A stretch of DNA of 64,000 bases from Raillietiella orientalis (taxonomy: Eukaryota), in NCBI GenBank assembly GCA_036172245.1, contig JAYWIR010000014.1, positions 930,001 through 994,000 on the forward strand, in the 5' to 3' direction. Below, piece by piece: positions 1 to 14,900 of the stretch. Each line of letters starts with the position of its first letter. The first letter of the stretch is position 1. A model generated the notes under the pieces. It searched no databases. It was not told the DNA's origin and worked only from the letters and a program-made list of their open reading frames with translations. The translations under genes were made by a program, and so were the position numbers.

Positions 1-1709
1 ATAGCATATCTCGAGATGCATTGCAATCAAATGCAATTTTCCATTAGCCACCTTATCTATCTTGAATTTTCTTTCCTTTTTTCATATAGACTTGAAGTTT
101 GTAAAATTTCATTCAATCCCTATGCTTTCTATCCTCTTTTTTTTTTTCTCCTTTTTTCTGTTCTCATCTAAATAAACACCAATGCATTTTGCTGCTATGA
201 TATGGGAACACCGAAAAATACGAAAAATACACATTTGCATAGTGACCTCAGAGATGTGTCATATTAGACTTGGGATTTGATCCGCCAATACATCCAGTTT
301 AATGACGTTCGTAAATTCGTCATTCGTCAAATTTGAAATTTTCCATAAGCCACTCATTAAGTTTTACAAGCAAATTCTCGACTGAAATATTTGGAAATGT
401 AATTACAATTCAGCAAATTGAGTAATCTGAGCACAAATAGCCAAAAAAAGTCACTGCAAAGAACTGCCAATACAAATCTGAATCATTCTTTCGCCCTATA
501 ATCTCTGCTTCTGTTTTGTTTTCTTCTTGCTTGTATTTCGCTTCTCAGTATATACCAGATCTAGATGCCACAGAAATGCTACCCATAGTCATGGTTTTAT
601 CACTTTTAATGCCAGTTTTGTTTCTTTTCTTCTTGCTTTGCCTTCAAACTTGACACTAATAATTTAATAAATAGCCAGAGATGCTTCTGCGAAGAATGAG
701 AGAGTATTTCTTTCTCACTTTCTTAGGTCGGTTCCTCATGCCACCCGACCAGACTTCACGTCTCTTTTATCAAGACCCTATCGTTGCTTTTATGATTGAG
801 TTTAAATTGCAATTAAACGTTTGATCACGAAATAAATTTTAATTCTTGGTCGTATGTTAACTATGCTGAATTCCTTCTTGCAATTTGTGTTCAAACATCC
901 TACGGAAACGCAATCATGGAAAAATTTGCAAATTGTTTTTTTTGCTCCTTGGATTACAGAGAAACAACACCTCGGAGATTTAAGTAAGTCTAGCAACTTT
1001 GAATCTTTGAAATAAGAATAATCGAATGGAGGCTTATGCTTATCACACGGTCTGGTAATATCCAAATTCTGCCTCCTTCTCTGAAGACAAAGCACTTCTC
1101 TGAAGACAAAGACAACACCGAATATAATCACATGAAAGGTTTTATTCACCAACAAGGTCACCATTGCGTGCTGACAATGCTGCAAACCTCACATCAGCGC
1201 CATCTTCACTTTTTTCTTTCTCAGAATGAGATGTTTTCCTCTATTCAGGATCAAACGTGGCACAGAGAAGCAAGCACGGAAAATGCATTGAATGGCTTTC
1301 GTGAAGCTCGAAAATGTGCGAACCAAAGTGCAGAGTCTCCCACAAACACGCCAAGAAGGTTCCATCGAAAACGAGTCCTCTTAATTTTCAAATATCCTCC
1401 TAGGTTTATCTCCGAATGATGGAAAAGCTTGCTAACTATCCTCCTACCGTGAGAACGTAAGCCGAAGTTCCTACTCTTTTCCCCTAAGGATTCTTCATTT
1501 CCCAACTCCTTCCCGTCTCGTTCTACCGTACAAATGTATTTCGTAATCGTCTGAATTGGGGTTACTTACTGTGTGCTCGCATTGGTTCTCAAACTGCTTT
1601 TCATTTGAACGGAAAAAGCTCGGACGATTCTGTCTTTCTACCCAAAATGTCCTGATGGTCTCAAGAAACCAATGTCGTTTTTCGACGCATTCGGATTTCC
1701 ACGCTTCCC

Positions 1710-2520
1710 TTTCTCGGGTTTTCTTTTTCTTGATTCGCTAAGTACCTCGAGAACCGTCGTTCTCCTGGAGGCTCACGCAGCTCCTTAACAATGTCCACCG
1801 AGGGTGCGCGTTAAACTCTTCAAGATGGGGGTAGTAATCCTAGAGGAGACCACCCTATGAATGTGGAAGGGCTCCCGGAGGTAGTCCTTTCCTCTCATGC
1901 TTGGGAGGGAACTCCCAAGGGAACCCTCCACCCTCGTTGTCTACGAAGAGAACCCCGACGGGAACCTCTTCCTTATTCTCTCCGGAGACCCCCCGGAGGT
2001 AGCCGCTCCATTGTCTCTTCTCCGAAAGATTTCCTCTCTGAAGGAAACCCGCAAGGGAACCGCTCCTTGTTTCCTTCTCTGAAGAGAATCCGAGGGAACG
2101 CTTCTCTAAAGGGCGATCCCCGAAGGGAGCAGAACGCTTCTTGACATTCTGGAGACATATCATCAATGCAGCATCTCCATGGTGAGAGGCTTAGGGTGGT
2201 ACGAAATGGAAGGTCCCCCCTTGAAGGGGGGAGGGAGGGTACAGCTTCTTCGCACAACCAGAGGATAACCTCGAAGGGAACCGACTCCTTGATTTCTGGA
2301 AGACCCCAGAGAGTCCACTCCCAATTCCGGCCACTCATTAGGAGCTTCTGGTATGGTTTTTCAGCTTCCACCAGTGCCCCGCACGTGACTATAAACCAAC
2401 CAGAGTCATCTTGCGGGGAGAACTCGAACCCACGACGCACCCACTTTGGCGTCGATTCTTTCCGGATATTCGAACCCTCGACGCTTAGTGCTACACGCGG
2501 AGACCATCACCGCATGGCCT
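1710..2520 (+). repeat. GC-rich dispersed repeat, diverged paralogue of 60110-60925
   Basis: Collinear blocks shared with the 60 kb copy: CTCGAGAACCGT, AACCTCTTCCTTATTCTCTCCGGAG, CCGCTCCATT, ACGCTTCTTGA, GTCATCTTGCGG, CACGACGCACCC. Boundaries approximate. Confidence 0.85.
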
Positions 2521-3431
2521 ATGATGCGAGCTAAATACAAGACGCGGCTGAGGAAGTGTTTAGAAATCCGCACTCGTAATGAAACAGATCTTCCAACTCA
2601 AGATCCTCTTCATTCTTTCGACTTTCATCTTTACATGCTCAATTCATCAAGATCCCGGAAAACGTCCAAATGCACTTAAAACCAAAGCTGAGTTAGGTCT
2701 CTTCGACTTTCGAACTCCCACATCTGATTATACATTGACTGTATGCAATGTACTTCGTAAGTGAGTTGGAAAATTCAACTTCTGGGGAAAGTCAGACGAC
2801 CAAACATCAGTATGATGGTTGGTTGGAATGATTCTTGTATGAAACGATATGAGCCTAAATGGGGGAAATCCAAAGTTGAATGGATATCAGAGATCGGGAA
2901 AAAAACACGAAACAGCCGTTTCTAACGACTTGGGAGTCTATAGACCTGAGAAAGATTCTAAGCGGAAAAAAGTCCGCCGTTTAAAGAGAGGGGGGAAAAC
3001 GAGTTGCAGCTGAAGAAAATCATGCAAGAACGCAAAGGCTCATACGAGCGTGGAGGCATCCTCATACGAGGATCCATGCCTATGATTATGAATCTCAAGA
3101 AAGAGATGGAAATGCAGCACCAGTACCTTTCGGGGTTTCGTTTCCTCATTAGAAACAGAGTTCGCCGGAAGTTTGAAAACGTCAGTATATCGTGTTTTTC
3201 TTTGATTGTCATGATCTACAAATAACATGATTGATTGTTTTTTTTTCTACAAAGTAGCGAGTACGATTAAGGTGAGCCGGGATCAAAATGAGATCGAGCA
3301 AGATTACTTTTATAAGCATAGTGTTCTAATCTCACTTCCCATCGAACACTGAAATCTAACAGATGAATAAACATGTTGTTCCATGCCTTTAGATCGTATG
3401 TTTAAATAAAAATCTTGAGAACGTAATGTAC

Positions 3432-6400
3432 CTTGGGGATCAGTGCAATTGCAGCTGATGTGATCTTTTCGTGATGTCTCAGAGGCATCACGAAAATCAC
3501 GTTTGTGGTGATCCGTGGCGGAATGGGTAAGATGAACCACATTGCTTATGATGCTAACGGCTCTTTTATCTATTCCTGGTGCACTAACTTTTCGAACAGG
3601 ACGTGATGCACATTCGAAAATATTATTTTCCATCAGTTCTTTTATAGCTAAAAAAAAAATTCTCAGATAGAAAAACTTATATCTGCTAGTTATCTATTAT
3701 TAGGTTAAAGCAGCAAAATTCTCCAATCGCCATACTGAAGAAGCGTTAAGAGAAACCATCCTACAGATGATCTCTGATCTGAAACGAGGATGCAACCAAG
3801 AGACCGTTTGTCGCGATTTTATCGAGTCTCCAAGAAACTAGATTTTATGAAAATACTGTGATATGTCACATAGGAGAGTAGCAAACGTCTGAGAAATATC
3901 ACTGAATCGTTCTCAGGATATGAACGAATAAACGAAATATGGGAAACAAAATTAATGAAGAAAACTAATGTGCAGCTGGTCTGATAACAAGGCACATTCC
4001 TCGAACTTTTTTTTTATGGTATGCATTCTAAGCGATTCTTTTACTTACACGCTGTTTGCTTAACAGAGACGGAAAATCGAAACGCTCCGCCACGTAGTGA
4101 ACCACGAGCGAGAGCAATTGTGCAAATTTGTTACAAGCCTAAAATCATCTAAAACTGTACCATCGATTACGCAAGCCGTGTAGACCATTTTGTCGGAACA
4201 TCCTATGGAATAAATCTAGCTGTTCAGCTACAGCATCGAGACTTAAGATATCTAATAATTTGAAACTCCGAACTGCTTTCTCTTGCACCCGCTTCATTGC
4301 TTTGATTTTGCAATTTCGAAATCCTCTTTGCAAATTCCCTTCAGTCAGAGCTTGCTTTTCCTTCTTTCGGAATTCCATCGAATGCATAGCCTATCTCTTG
4401 TGCTTGTTAAACGGAAAACTGTATGAAAATATAGAACATTAAGCTAAATTAAACACTGGTTCAACATTGATTACGCGACTATACTGTTCAAATGCCCTAA
4501 GAACCGAGACTGCTTCCACAGATGACAAACGATGTCTCCAAGATGAAAATATTGCTGTGACGAAAACCGTCTGAATTCGACTCGAGTATTTGGAAGCAGA
4601 TTCAGACTTTGAAGTGGCAGTAGCTGCTCTTCTATTGCACAAGAAAAGCTGCTTCTATAATCTCAAGAAAACATGGACTTGATTCCTATAGCAGCTTTAT
4701 GCAGCACGAGAAATTTGCATTAAGGAAAAATGGTTCAAGGCAATGGACGCAAATGTTGATTCAACCGAGGCAAAAAATGAGCATTGGAAAGCCAAAAGTT
4801 GCAAGCAAATCGGCTCGCAGATGATGCTTCGTGATCACGTTCAAGACTGGGAAGCTTTTTCCTTTCTTCAAGAGAGCAGATTGCCTTTTGCTCTATAAGT
4901 TGGTAGCAATCCAAACAAATATAAACCGCTAACTGACGGAATACTCAAGCTGCTCAAACAGGTGGTTTGAAATTCATTTCAGCATTGCATTTCTCTGTAA
5001 CGTCGAAATGAATAGGCTCTAGAAGTGTGACAGACCACCTCCTGAACGCTTCTTTCAACAAACTTAGACGTTGAGTAAATATACACCTATTGGATTCTAA
5101 TCTGTATTTGGTTTGATAAGCATGTCTCGTTACAGCTGCAAAATTTCACTCTGTACTCTCAATTATTACCAGCTGCACCGTAAAGTTTCAGGGTACTTTT
5201 GTGAAAGCTTGAGCAGAATGCAGTATCAACTGTAGTTTCCAAGAATGCGAAAAAATCATCAAAGAAAGCGGCCCTTCGTTTTTTCTTTTTGTTATTAATA
5301 AATACTGACCACTTTACCTGTAACAAATCTTTCTTCTTCGTTTCTGATGTGAACAATGTACTTCAGCATTTCTCTGCTGAAGCACTCTCCCAGCACAGAT
5401 GCACTCTTCCATATGATCTGCGTGTAGTTCATCAACTTGTCAAACACAAGGATTATGGCTTCTATAAGACCGCTGCAGTTTTGACTTGCCACCCATATAC
5501 ATTACCTTTCTGGGAACAGGGCATGCATACGCTTTCGAACTTACAGCCCGGTATGAGCTCCGCTACAAATGCCGTTTGCAAATCAGTAGTCGAGAACGAG
5601 TTACCCGAAATCTGTGTGCACAAGCATTAGTGTACCATGAAGGATGTAACTGATGAAGTGGTAACAATTCATGCATTCATTTTCTCTGTTTTTTTTTCTT
5701 TTTAGGATATGAAAAATGTGCACGCTTTTAGAGAACACTCAGTGATTTGTCCGCATGTTAGCAATGGCGCACCTTGAGTTGGTAGCAAGTGATTGCTACT
5801 GCATCCGAGAAAAGAATGCAATTCTCACCGTGTATCCTTCAAAGAAAGCATGCTTCCTTTTGAAAGGCATTCGTTGTTTTCAAAAACTGACTGATATGTG
5901 AGGAATTTCTAGGTCAGCGGTACATGTAGAAGCCAAATGTCCTTTTAATGATCTTAAAGTGCAAGCAAAGAAAAGAGAAGCAGTGGCGCATATCCAGAAA
6001 TTGTGAGCGAACAAAAAAATATCCTTTTTCTCGCTTCTCTTAGTGCTTCCACTGTTATTTGTTCTTCGGAGAAAAATGTTCTGCCTTATGTTTTTAAAGA
6101 TCCTAGGAACCCAGTCAATTTTTGGTTGCTTAGGTTTTCATACGTAAATAGCTGTAGCTAATTTTTTTTTTTTTTTCAAGCCACTGAGATAGTTAATTCC
6201 CCTCTCAGATCGCAATCTCTTTAGATTATTTTAACCCATTTCTTTGCAGCATATTGCAAAGAATAAATTAAAATTATAAATTTTTCTTCTTTGTATTTTT
6301 CTCTGCTTTTCCAAAACTGGAACATTTGGAAGATCCGGTCAACTGCCACTAATCTAAGCTCGGATCGGTTGTTTTGTTTTCCGGCAACGTTCAGTAGAAG

Positions 6401-9400
6401 CATTTGATTTCTCCGTTTCTCTCTTAAAAGAATTTCTACAAAGACTAACTGGTGGGAACTTTCTCAAGCGCGTATGCGTCGATGACTTTCAAATACTTGT
6501 GGTTTTCACAGAACGACAGTCATTCGTGGGCATATCCCCAAGTCGCTGGAAATCTTCCAATCTTTTCGGAGTTTGATGTATTCATAATGACTTGTGATAA
6601 CCTCTAATCAAACTGTTTCCTTACACTGAATTTTCATTTAGCTCAACTTCTGAATCTCCACTTTCTCAGGAAGTTCCGTTAACTTTGACGATGCTATAAT
6701 CGATGATCAAGAATATAAATTATTTGAGAGGAAAAAATGCTCCGGTACCCTCGACTTGCGGCTGAAAACTTGTGTGCAAGATGGGATTGGCTAGAAGAGG
6801 AAGGAGAACATAATTTCAAGGGAAAAGACCCGTAGTTCTGATGTCTCGAAAAAGAAAGATAAAATCCCCTTCATCAGGTTATTTCGAAAGATCTGAAAAA
6901 AATGCTGTAGTTGGAGCTCATCTCTACGAATGGAATGCCAATGCATCAGCCTTAACACTAATGGATTCCTCATATAAGATAGCACCTATCGAGAAGAAAA
7001 ACTGAAGTCAAAAGGGTAACTTAAACTATGAGAGTGACATCAGCAAGCGATTATCGAGATAGATTTGTAAAAGTGAATTCTCGATTAAGCACGCTAAGGT
7101 GCGGCTGTGAAGAGAAAATAATCCAATGAAAATAATAAAAACAATTGGATTAAAATCTAACATGATAAGCAACACTACATAAAAAGTAGATACTGAGTGA
7201 ATATTTGCATGTTTTAATGAGATAAATGTGCTAAATTTTCGAAACATCAGGCCAGTATTGTGGATACATCATGCTCCCAGTGTTATATACTGCCACCTCA
7301 AAGAAGTCTTGTATTGCTCCCTGTGTTGGCAATAGCACAAAGGCTGATCCGTGTTTTCTTCTCTATACCTCTCGTCTAATTGAGGCATATTTTTCACTTT
7401 CTAAGGCACTCCACAATTTCTTTCAGAAGAGTTATTCAGAGTTCCTTGACAACTACATACAACCATTCTTGAAGATTAAACTTACGGTTTTATTCCCTTG
7501 AATTTTTAAAGTCTAACTTTCAAAACTTCGTCCTATTTCTTCTTCAATTTTTCTTCTTTTTCCATTTATTTGACGTTTTTATTATCGATTTAAACCAAAT
7601 TATTCTACTCCTCGTTGCGCCCCCCAGTCACATCTAAAATGCTAGAAGTTTTCAGTAATCTTGAGATCGAAAAAACTTAAGGAATATGTTAAGAAATGAT
7701 ACGGGTTCCTTGTATTTTAAAGCTATACAGACATTCGGTGGAGATGCAACCGGACCACCTTCAAAGCATCATCTGCTTATCGTAAGATCACCCAATACTT
7801 CAGTGACAATTGAGATGTGTCCAAGATGTCCAAATTATCAGAGTTTGTATTTCAAAGGCTTTCAATTTGCAGATTGATGAACCGGTATCCGTATGAAGAT
7901 CAACCTTAAGATCTTAAAATGAGCGTTGGATTGATATAGAAAGTCTCTTCAATGCAACGATTCTCGGATCTGAACAATAAGATCCACTGATGAATTCGAA
8001 CAAAACTAACGAGTTTCTAAAAAGTATGCAGTCGTAACAACGAGCCATCGATCTCTATTTCAAAAACAAAATGCAAAAGTGGAGAGATTCTATTCGATAG
8101 AATAACAGACATTTATCTTTGCATTCAAACCTACGTCGAGCTGAGCTGTGCCACTGGACTCCTTCCTCGTTCATTTGCCTTTTTCAGTTCATTGCTGGTC
8201 TGACCAATTGTCATCCACATGAGAACGAACACTACCTAACTAGAAAGCTAGAACTAGAAATTGTTGTCCTGCGACAATTTTTCTAATAGCTTTCCTAAAA
8301 TGTGAGAAGTATTGGCTACATGTTCATGACACTAAGATTTGAACATTTTGTGTAGACATGAAGTTGGTTCTCTAAATCTTGGATGACTGTAATTTTTTAC
8401 TCTTTATTTATAGCTTTTTAATATTCAGTTGACGTGAGAATGCTTCAAACGAATAGAGGTGGAGTGTATACAAGTAGATTTTCCATATCTTCAAATTATT
8501 AATGATCAAATCCAATGACCTAATCTCTTTATGATAGTCTTAAATTTGTTTGTCTTAACTTTGTTTCTTTGTCTTCAAGTGCTGTGTGAGTGTTCACTTT
8601 AAAGGAGCCACACACTCTCCACTTACCGCGGATATTGGCACGCTAGAAGAGTGCTTGTCGATGCTGAAACTTGTCTTCTTGTCCGAACCATTCGACAACA
8701 GATGCTGGAGATTTTCGAAATCTTTGAAAGTTAAGTCACTACGTTTTAACATGGAAGGATTAAAAGGCGTGAAATCAAGCACATCACCTCTGCGTATAAT
8801 TTCATCTAACTGGTGCTCACACCATCCCGGAACACAGTTAACTTTTTCTTGGAAAATTCTTAGAAAGATTAATCAGAAAGGCAGTTTTCAGATACGAACT
8901 TCGATAAAGCAGTTGGTATGGCAATCACTCCAAGATATAGACAAGAAAACGTGACCATGAGATTAGAAGGCAAACCTTCAAGTTTCAAAAGATGCATTGC
9001 TCCTTCGTTAATGAAGTTATCTAATATGGCAAGATTTTTCCTGTTCGTTTTGATAGTCAAAACAGTAAAACATGAATATTTTTCTTTCATCACATCTTGG
9101 AAAAAATTCCAAGTGCCTGTATCAAGGAAATGAGCATCATCTACTGTGAAAATAACGGAGTCTTCCTTAGAGATCTGGAAAACGACAGCCGTGGGATTTG
9201 TGACCGCTTTCGCTAGTTAGTTTGATGATTTGAAAATGAACACCACCTGAACATTGAAAGTGCACATTGATGAAGATGTGTATCTCACATTCGACACAAC
9301 AATGGTCGGAGAGTGAGACTCATCTTTACCGAAGATCATCATCATGCGCATTGTTTTCAATGGATTTAAGTTCTCGTAAGATTCTCAAGAAATCAAGAAG

Positions 9401-11907
9401 AATTGCATAGAAAACGAGTAAAAACACAAATAAGAAACACGCAAATGATCGAATGACCGAACAATACATGAAAACTGTACTGACGAAAGAAATAATTCGT
9501 AAAAACTTGCATGTTTGAGAATCTCAGCTATTAACATATGCATGGCTTTCTGCTTATTCATGTAATCCATGTAGCTAAATCGAGGACTGACAGGGAAGTT
9601 CACTTGCAACAGGTCATTTAAAAGACCCAGCTCTCCATCGAAAAATTTTTTGTCAACGAGTGTGCTAATGGCGTTTTCCTTCTCCTTCTGAGTTCTTAAG
9701 TTCTCTATGTGAAATAGCTGACTAAGAAGCAAACGTAATCCGTAGTACGGAATGGAGGTAAACTGCATGGTCATGGTTCCTGAAGCAATGCATGCATTTT
9801 TTTTACGAAACTCTTCTATGAGAGCTTGAAGCAATCGAGTTTTTCCTATGCCGGAATCTCCCTCTATGACAATGCCCTGAGAAGCAGGCATTGCAGGGAT
9901 TTTCAAGTGTGATCTGTCGAAAATTTCATTGCATATTTTGATCTCTAGTTCTCTATCAAGCAAAGAAACCTTGTGTTTCTGAGGAAGGTCATGTTCGTTT
10001 TCATCGCTGAAAATGGCGCTATTACAAAAAGCTGCACTGTCTATTTATTACACTTACGAGGATTCCGTGTACTCATAAATGATGCCGGCATCTTGCATGC
10101 CTTTGAGACCCTTGGAATCCAACCGGCGAAAACTGTCCATTGGCAGTTTGGAATGATAATAGGTTTCTTCGTCACAAGAAATTATCCCAGTGTAATTCTG
10201 CATAAGACGGGCTGCTTTATTGACACTGCGGCCAATTACAGTGTATTCTTGGCGATAAATACTACCTACTACCCCACAGAAAGTTAAACCTAAAACGAGG
10301 ATCATAAAAACAGATAATTCGATTTCGCATTTAATAAATTTTGCAAACTTGTGGAAGGAAAATGAAAATGCTGATGAAAACTGATAGGAAAAGGTACAAA
10401 AATTGCAACTGGACTTTTTAAAAAATACGAAATCGGATATCCTCGACTTTCGAAAACAGGAAAGCTACTGCATTCATACGTCAGAATAAACAAGACAAGA
10501 ATGCATCATGGGGCAAGAACTTTCGTGTAAAAGATCCCATACTTGTTTTAGCAATTTATAGATAATTTACAGATGATTTTGCACGAAAATTGTGATTTAA
10601 TGTGAAAAAGCTGAAAGTTTATGTAATGCATTCATATTTAGTTTATGCACTTGAAACTCCATACAGAAAAAACTTGGAACTTATTCATCAATTGCTAACG
10701 AAAATGGGGGAGCGAGAGGGGGGAGGGGAGAACTTTCAGGGAATCGTTGTAATTGTGTATGGAGCAGAATAGAACCTTTCCTGGGAAACTTCTTGCTAAA
10801 GCAAGTATGAAAGCAAAAATAAGATTCCAGAAATTAACAACAAAGCAAAACTTCGGTTGGAAACATTGCGCTCTCAAGGAAGTCGTAGTTTTCGGAGAAA
10901 CCATGTTGAAAAAATACCTGAAATGTAATTTCGGAACGGCCTCTTCGGAGCTCTAACTTAAAGCCAAAAATTTAAATAGGCTATGGAATGGTTTCCCCTC
11001 ATGTTTTGACTGTTCCATACGCCTATCAAGTTTGGCGAAATTTGGAGTGCGATTTTTGATTTCATACAATGACAGTACATTTGGAAACAGATCCAAGTCA
11101 TACTCTTGCAACATAAACTTATACGGATGTGTACAAAAATCACAAAGACGCTGCACTCATACTTGTACTTGATTAATGAACTGACGCGCAAACAAGAACA
11201 TACTGGAATATTAAGAGATCAAATGCTCTCAATTCACTCTCGATTTAACCTGTCTCTTATGATAGATTTTAATCCTCAAAGTCCCTATGGAGAAAATCGT
11301 TATTGACATGCTATTCATTTTAATGGCATGATCTTCCTAACATTGAAATTGTTTTGATAGTAGCGTAATTTTGAGAAATTGAAGTGACATTACCTGACGT
11401 GATTCCGATGCTAACATCCCGTATCTCATCCAATACAGTCATTCTTTTCTTTATGATACTTGCAGCCTTTAGAGCATCAGAGCACTCATCTTCGTGTTTA
11501 GAACCAGGCAGACCAAATATAATCAAAAATGTGAAACCTTTGTCAAACGTAAAAACTTTTGTTAAGCATCCTTGATAGTTTCCTGAAATTCTATATTTGG
11601 TAAAGTAAACATGTGCTCACAAACTAAATTTGCTCACAATCTAAATCTAATATATTATGTATGTATGCACGCATAAATTGCAGTGAAGAAAAATATAAAA
11701 ACTCGAGTACGAGTCAGTGTACGAGTATGAAATCAAGATTGTATTCCCGGAAGCAGAACTTGCAAGGTATCACCCACATGTCAATGTGTTTTTTTTCTGA
11801 AAGATCTGCAGCATACATTAGAATAAAACTCATATCATTCATTGTTACATTCACTGGATGCTTGAAAAGTAAATCCAAGAAGCTGTTTTATTTTCAGATA
11901 GCCGTTT

Positions 11908-11962
<55 letters not shown>

Positions 11963-14900
11963 GATTGTATAGTTATCAGTACAATCTTCTCTGTGGAGAA
12001 TCGCGTTTTCAATTGAAATAGGTAATCTTATCACGCGCCTATCTGGGACCGAATGAGAAAAAGCGAGAGTATAATGAAAGCTGATGGACGAAAGGATGCG
12101 CGGATTTCATGCAATCAGGAAACAGAACACGTTTCTTAGGACACGCATCCCGTTTCGAATGTGATTCACCATAATATAACTAGTGCTTTGCTTTTTCGTC
12201 ACAGTAACTGCTTCAAAGTAAACCTGTATAGCACCTTCTGAGGTCTTGACATTATATGCAAGCTCGAAATCATCCTGAAACCCGCTTTGCCGTCTGGCAC
12301 GGGGTTTCCTGTATATTACACTATTATAAAATGCCATAATCGTGGACGATTGCGGAATTTTTTTATCGGAAATGGAAAACTCTTTCAATCACCGAGAAAA
12401 ATTGAGATGACTTTAAGGAATCGACTAATTTGCAAACATGAATAAATACTTTGATCTTCCGGGTTCTTAATGAACTCGGCAAACACGTTCTGATCTGCCG
12501 TCTACAAATAACCACAATTATCAAGTTACCCTAAACTGAAAACTATTATGAATGAGAGTTTCTTACTCTAGAAGGCATATCTTCATTGTTCATTCTTATT
12601 CAAAATTCAATTCATAATTCAATTCCAAGTATTACGGTTGTCGCGAATCACCTGCTGAAAACTTGCAAGAATATTAGGATTTCAACGGAGATGCATGGAA
12701 TTCATACCGGCTCTTGCCATTATCACTTGCTGTTAAAGGATTTCCTCAGTTCTGTATGATCTTAAAAAACGATTATAAAAGGAACGAAAGGAAAAGCATG
12801 CAAGGATCTCAAACAGCAACACTATCACAGCAATTGCAACAAAATATTAAACCGAGCAAAACGCAAACCGAATGCCAATAGAAGAGTTCTTAATAAGTCT
12901 AATAAGTGTAATTTTATCTTTTATTTCATTAACGGCATTAACACTGAGGTTTCACAGCTTTGAAGTGGTGATCATTTTTGTGGCCTCCATGCTTCTGAAG
13001 TCAATTATTGAGACATTTGTTGAAATTTTCATCCCTATAATGCTTCACCATTTAAAGTCCGACTCGACCGTTTTTTTTCAAGTTATTTTGCGTCGATCAG
13101 GATGTTTAAGATCGAACTTTGAAACTTGCTAGCACCACCTCTAGAGAAAATCAGAAAGCAGGGTAACCCTAACCATCTAACTCCTAACTCAAATTTCATT
13201 AGCGCCATGGAAATGCTTCTTTTGTCTTTCAGCTGGAATTCAGCGTAAGACAAAACTCTTACATAGTTTCGCATACTCACCGGTTACGGAACTGAGCTGT
13301 TGGCCATTGAATAGCAGAAATCTTATGGAGAAAGGAAGAATCAATCAAGAAAAATAAAATACTGTGGGTAAAATGGAAGCTATTAAAAGAGGAGAAATCT
13401 TGAAAGAGGTCTCCCTTTCTGAATCTTCACAGTTCCAATCCTCTGGACACGTAAATCCCTTGACGTAAGTCCTCTGGACGTTAAGTTCCTTCACTTGAAC
13501 GTTCATACATCATACTTCGTGTAAAAACACGGCTAATACCCCGAACTCAATACTGTGATTCCAGAAGTTAGTATCGCATTTATTGAAAGAGAGTTCTGAA
13601 TCAGCACCATGGCCATCGTTCCTGCTCCTGAGCAGCAAGACTCAATTACAGACTGCACTAATCGAGCATGCTGAGATCGCCAGACAACCCTTTTCTCTTG
13701 TTTCAACAACTAAAAGTAGCAATCGCTCACTCAACGAAACTGAAGTGCTCTGCAGAAACTGTAGAAACATGAAAAAGCACTGCTCTAGAAGTTGCACCGC
13801 TGGAGAAAATCTGAAGAGGAATAGGAACAATCTTGAAGAGATTGAAGCCACTTTGCAAGCTGAAAAAATCAACGACCCGCCCTCACAAGAAATAGACGGA
13901 GAAAGATGTGCTGACAAACCAGAATAGGAGCAGTGAGCTCCCTGGATGGACGAAAAAGGAGATTATGAAAAATAGCAAGAGCCCCTCCTGTGATCCCGTT
14001 TAATTGTATTTCCAAACTGAAAGAAAAAGCACTGCTCTAGAAGTTGCATCACTGGAGAAAATCTGATTTCAGATTCAGCATCAGATTCCATAGCTGTCGA
14101 GAAGCATAACAGCAGTGTTTACAGCTAGGCGACAGAACATCGTGTGTTTATGTTTACATATATATATATATATATTCACGTATATATGTGTACACACAGA
14201 GAGAGAGACTTTCTATGGGGTGGGGAGAGAAGCATAAAGCACAGGTTTCCTTTCTAATGTTTAAGCAGCGATACATCTACTAAATCGATATCCAGGTCAC
14301 GCTATAGAAACCTCAAGATTTCCAGTCAATACACATTACATCAAAGAATCAGATGGTATTAGGAACATCGTCCAGAATATCCAGAATAACTATGGCACTC
14401 TATAAAAATCAAGTTCCTCAAATCTCTTAGTGAATGTTCACAGAATCCAGAACGTTTGCACAAAGATTTTTGAAGTTTATAGAATTTTTCGTCAGAATTT
14501 ATACTTTCATATTATGAATATAATTTTTCTTCAAAAAAAACAAAAAAACATTTTATATTAACATAGTGAAATATCCCAACATAAAATGAAAATTCTGTCG
14601 ATAAAAATATCTTAATATATTAATAGATATTAAGAAATCATGTCTGTTATCATTAATAATTCTATTAATTTTATAGCTTATTAATATTTATCCGAACTGA
14701 TGCTTTAAGATTTTTGATTGAATGCCTTGAATATGTTCCGATGAACCTCTCGTATGCAGCAGCAGCATTAATAGCAGTGAAATTAATTTTGCAATAATCG
14801 AACCTAATGTAAAATTACTGCGTTTTTAATCTCCTAAAAGATTAAGGAGAAATTAGCGCACTGTACGCTTTCGAATTCTCTTTCGAAAGAATTTCGCATC

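Noticed and set aside
7690..7990. LTR-retrotransposon integrase zinc-finger remnant (CPRC)
   Set aside because: Too degenerate; no DDE core or LTRs visible.
8380..8590. Next sAC exon directly after 8627
   Set aside because: All frames from the nearest acceptor hit stops; the in-phase, homologous continuation is at 5506-5611.
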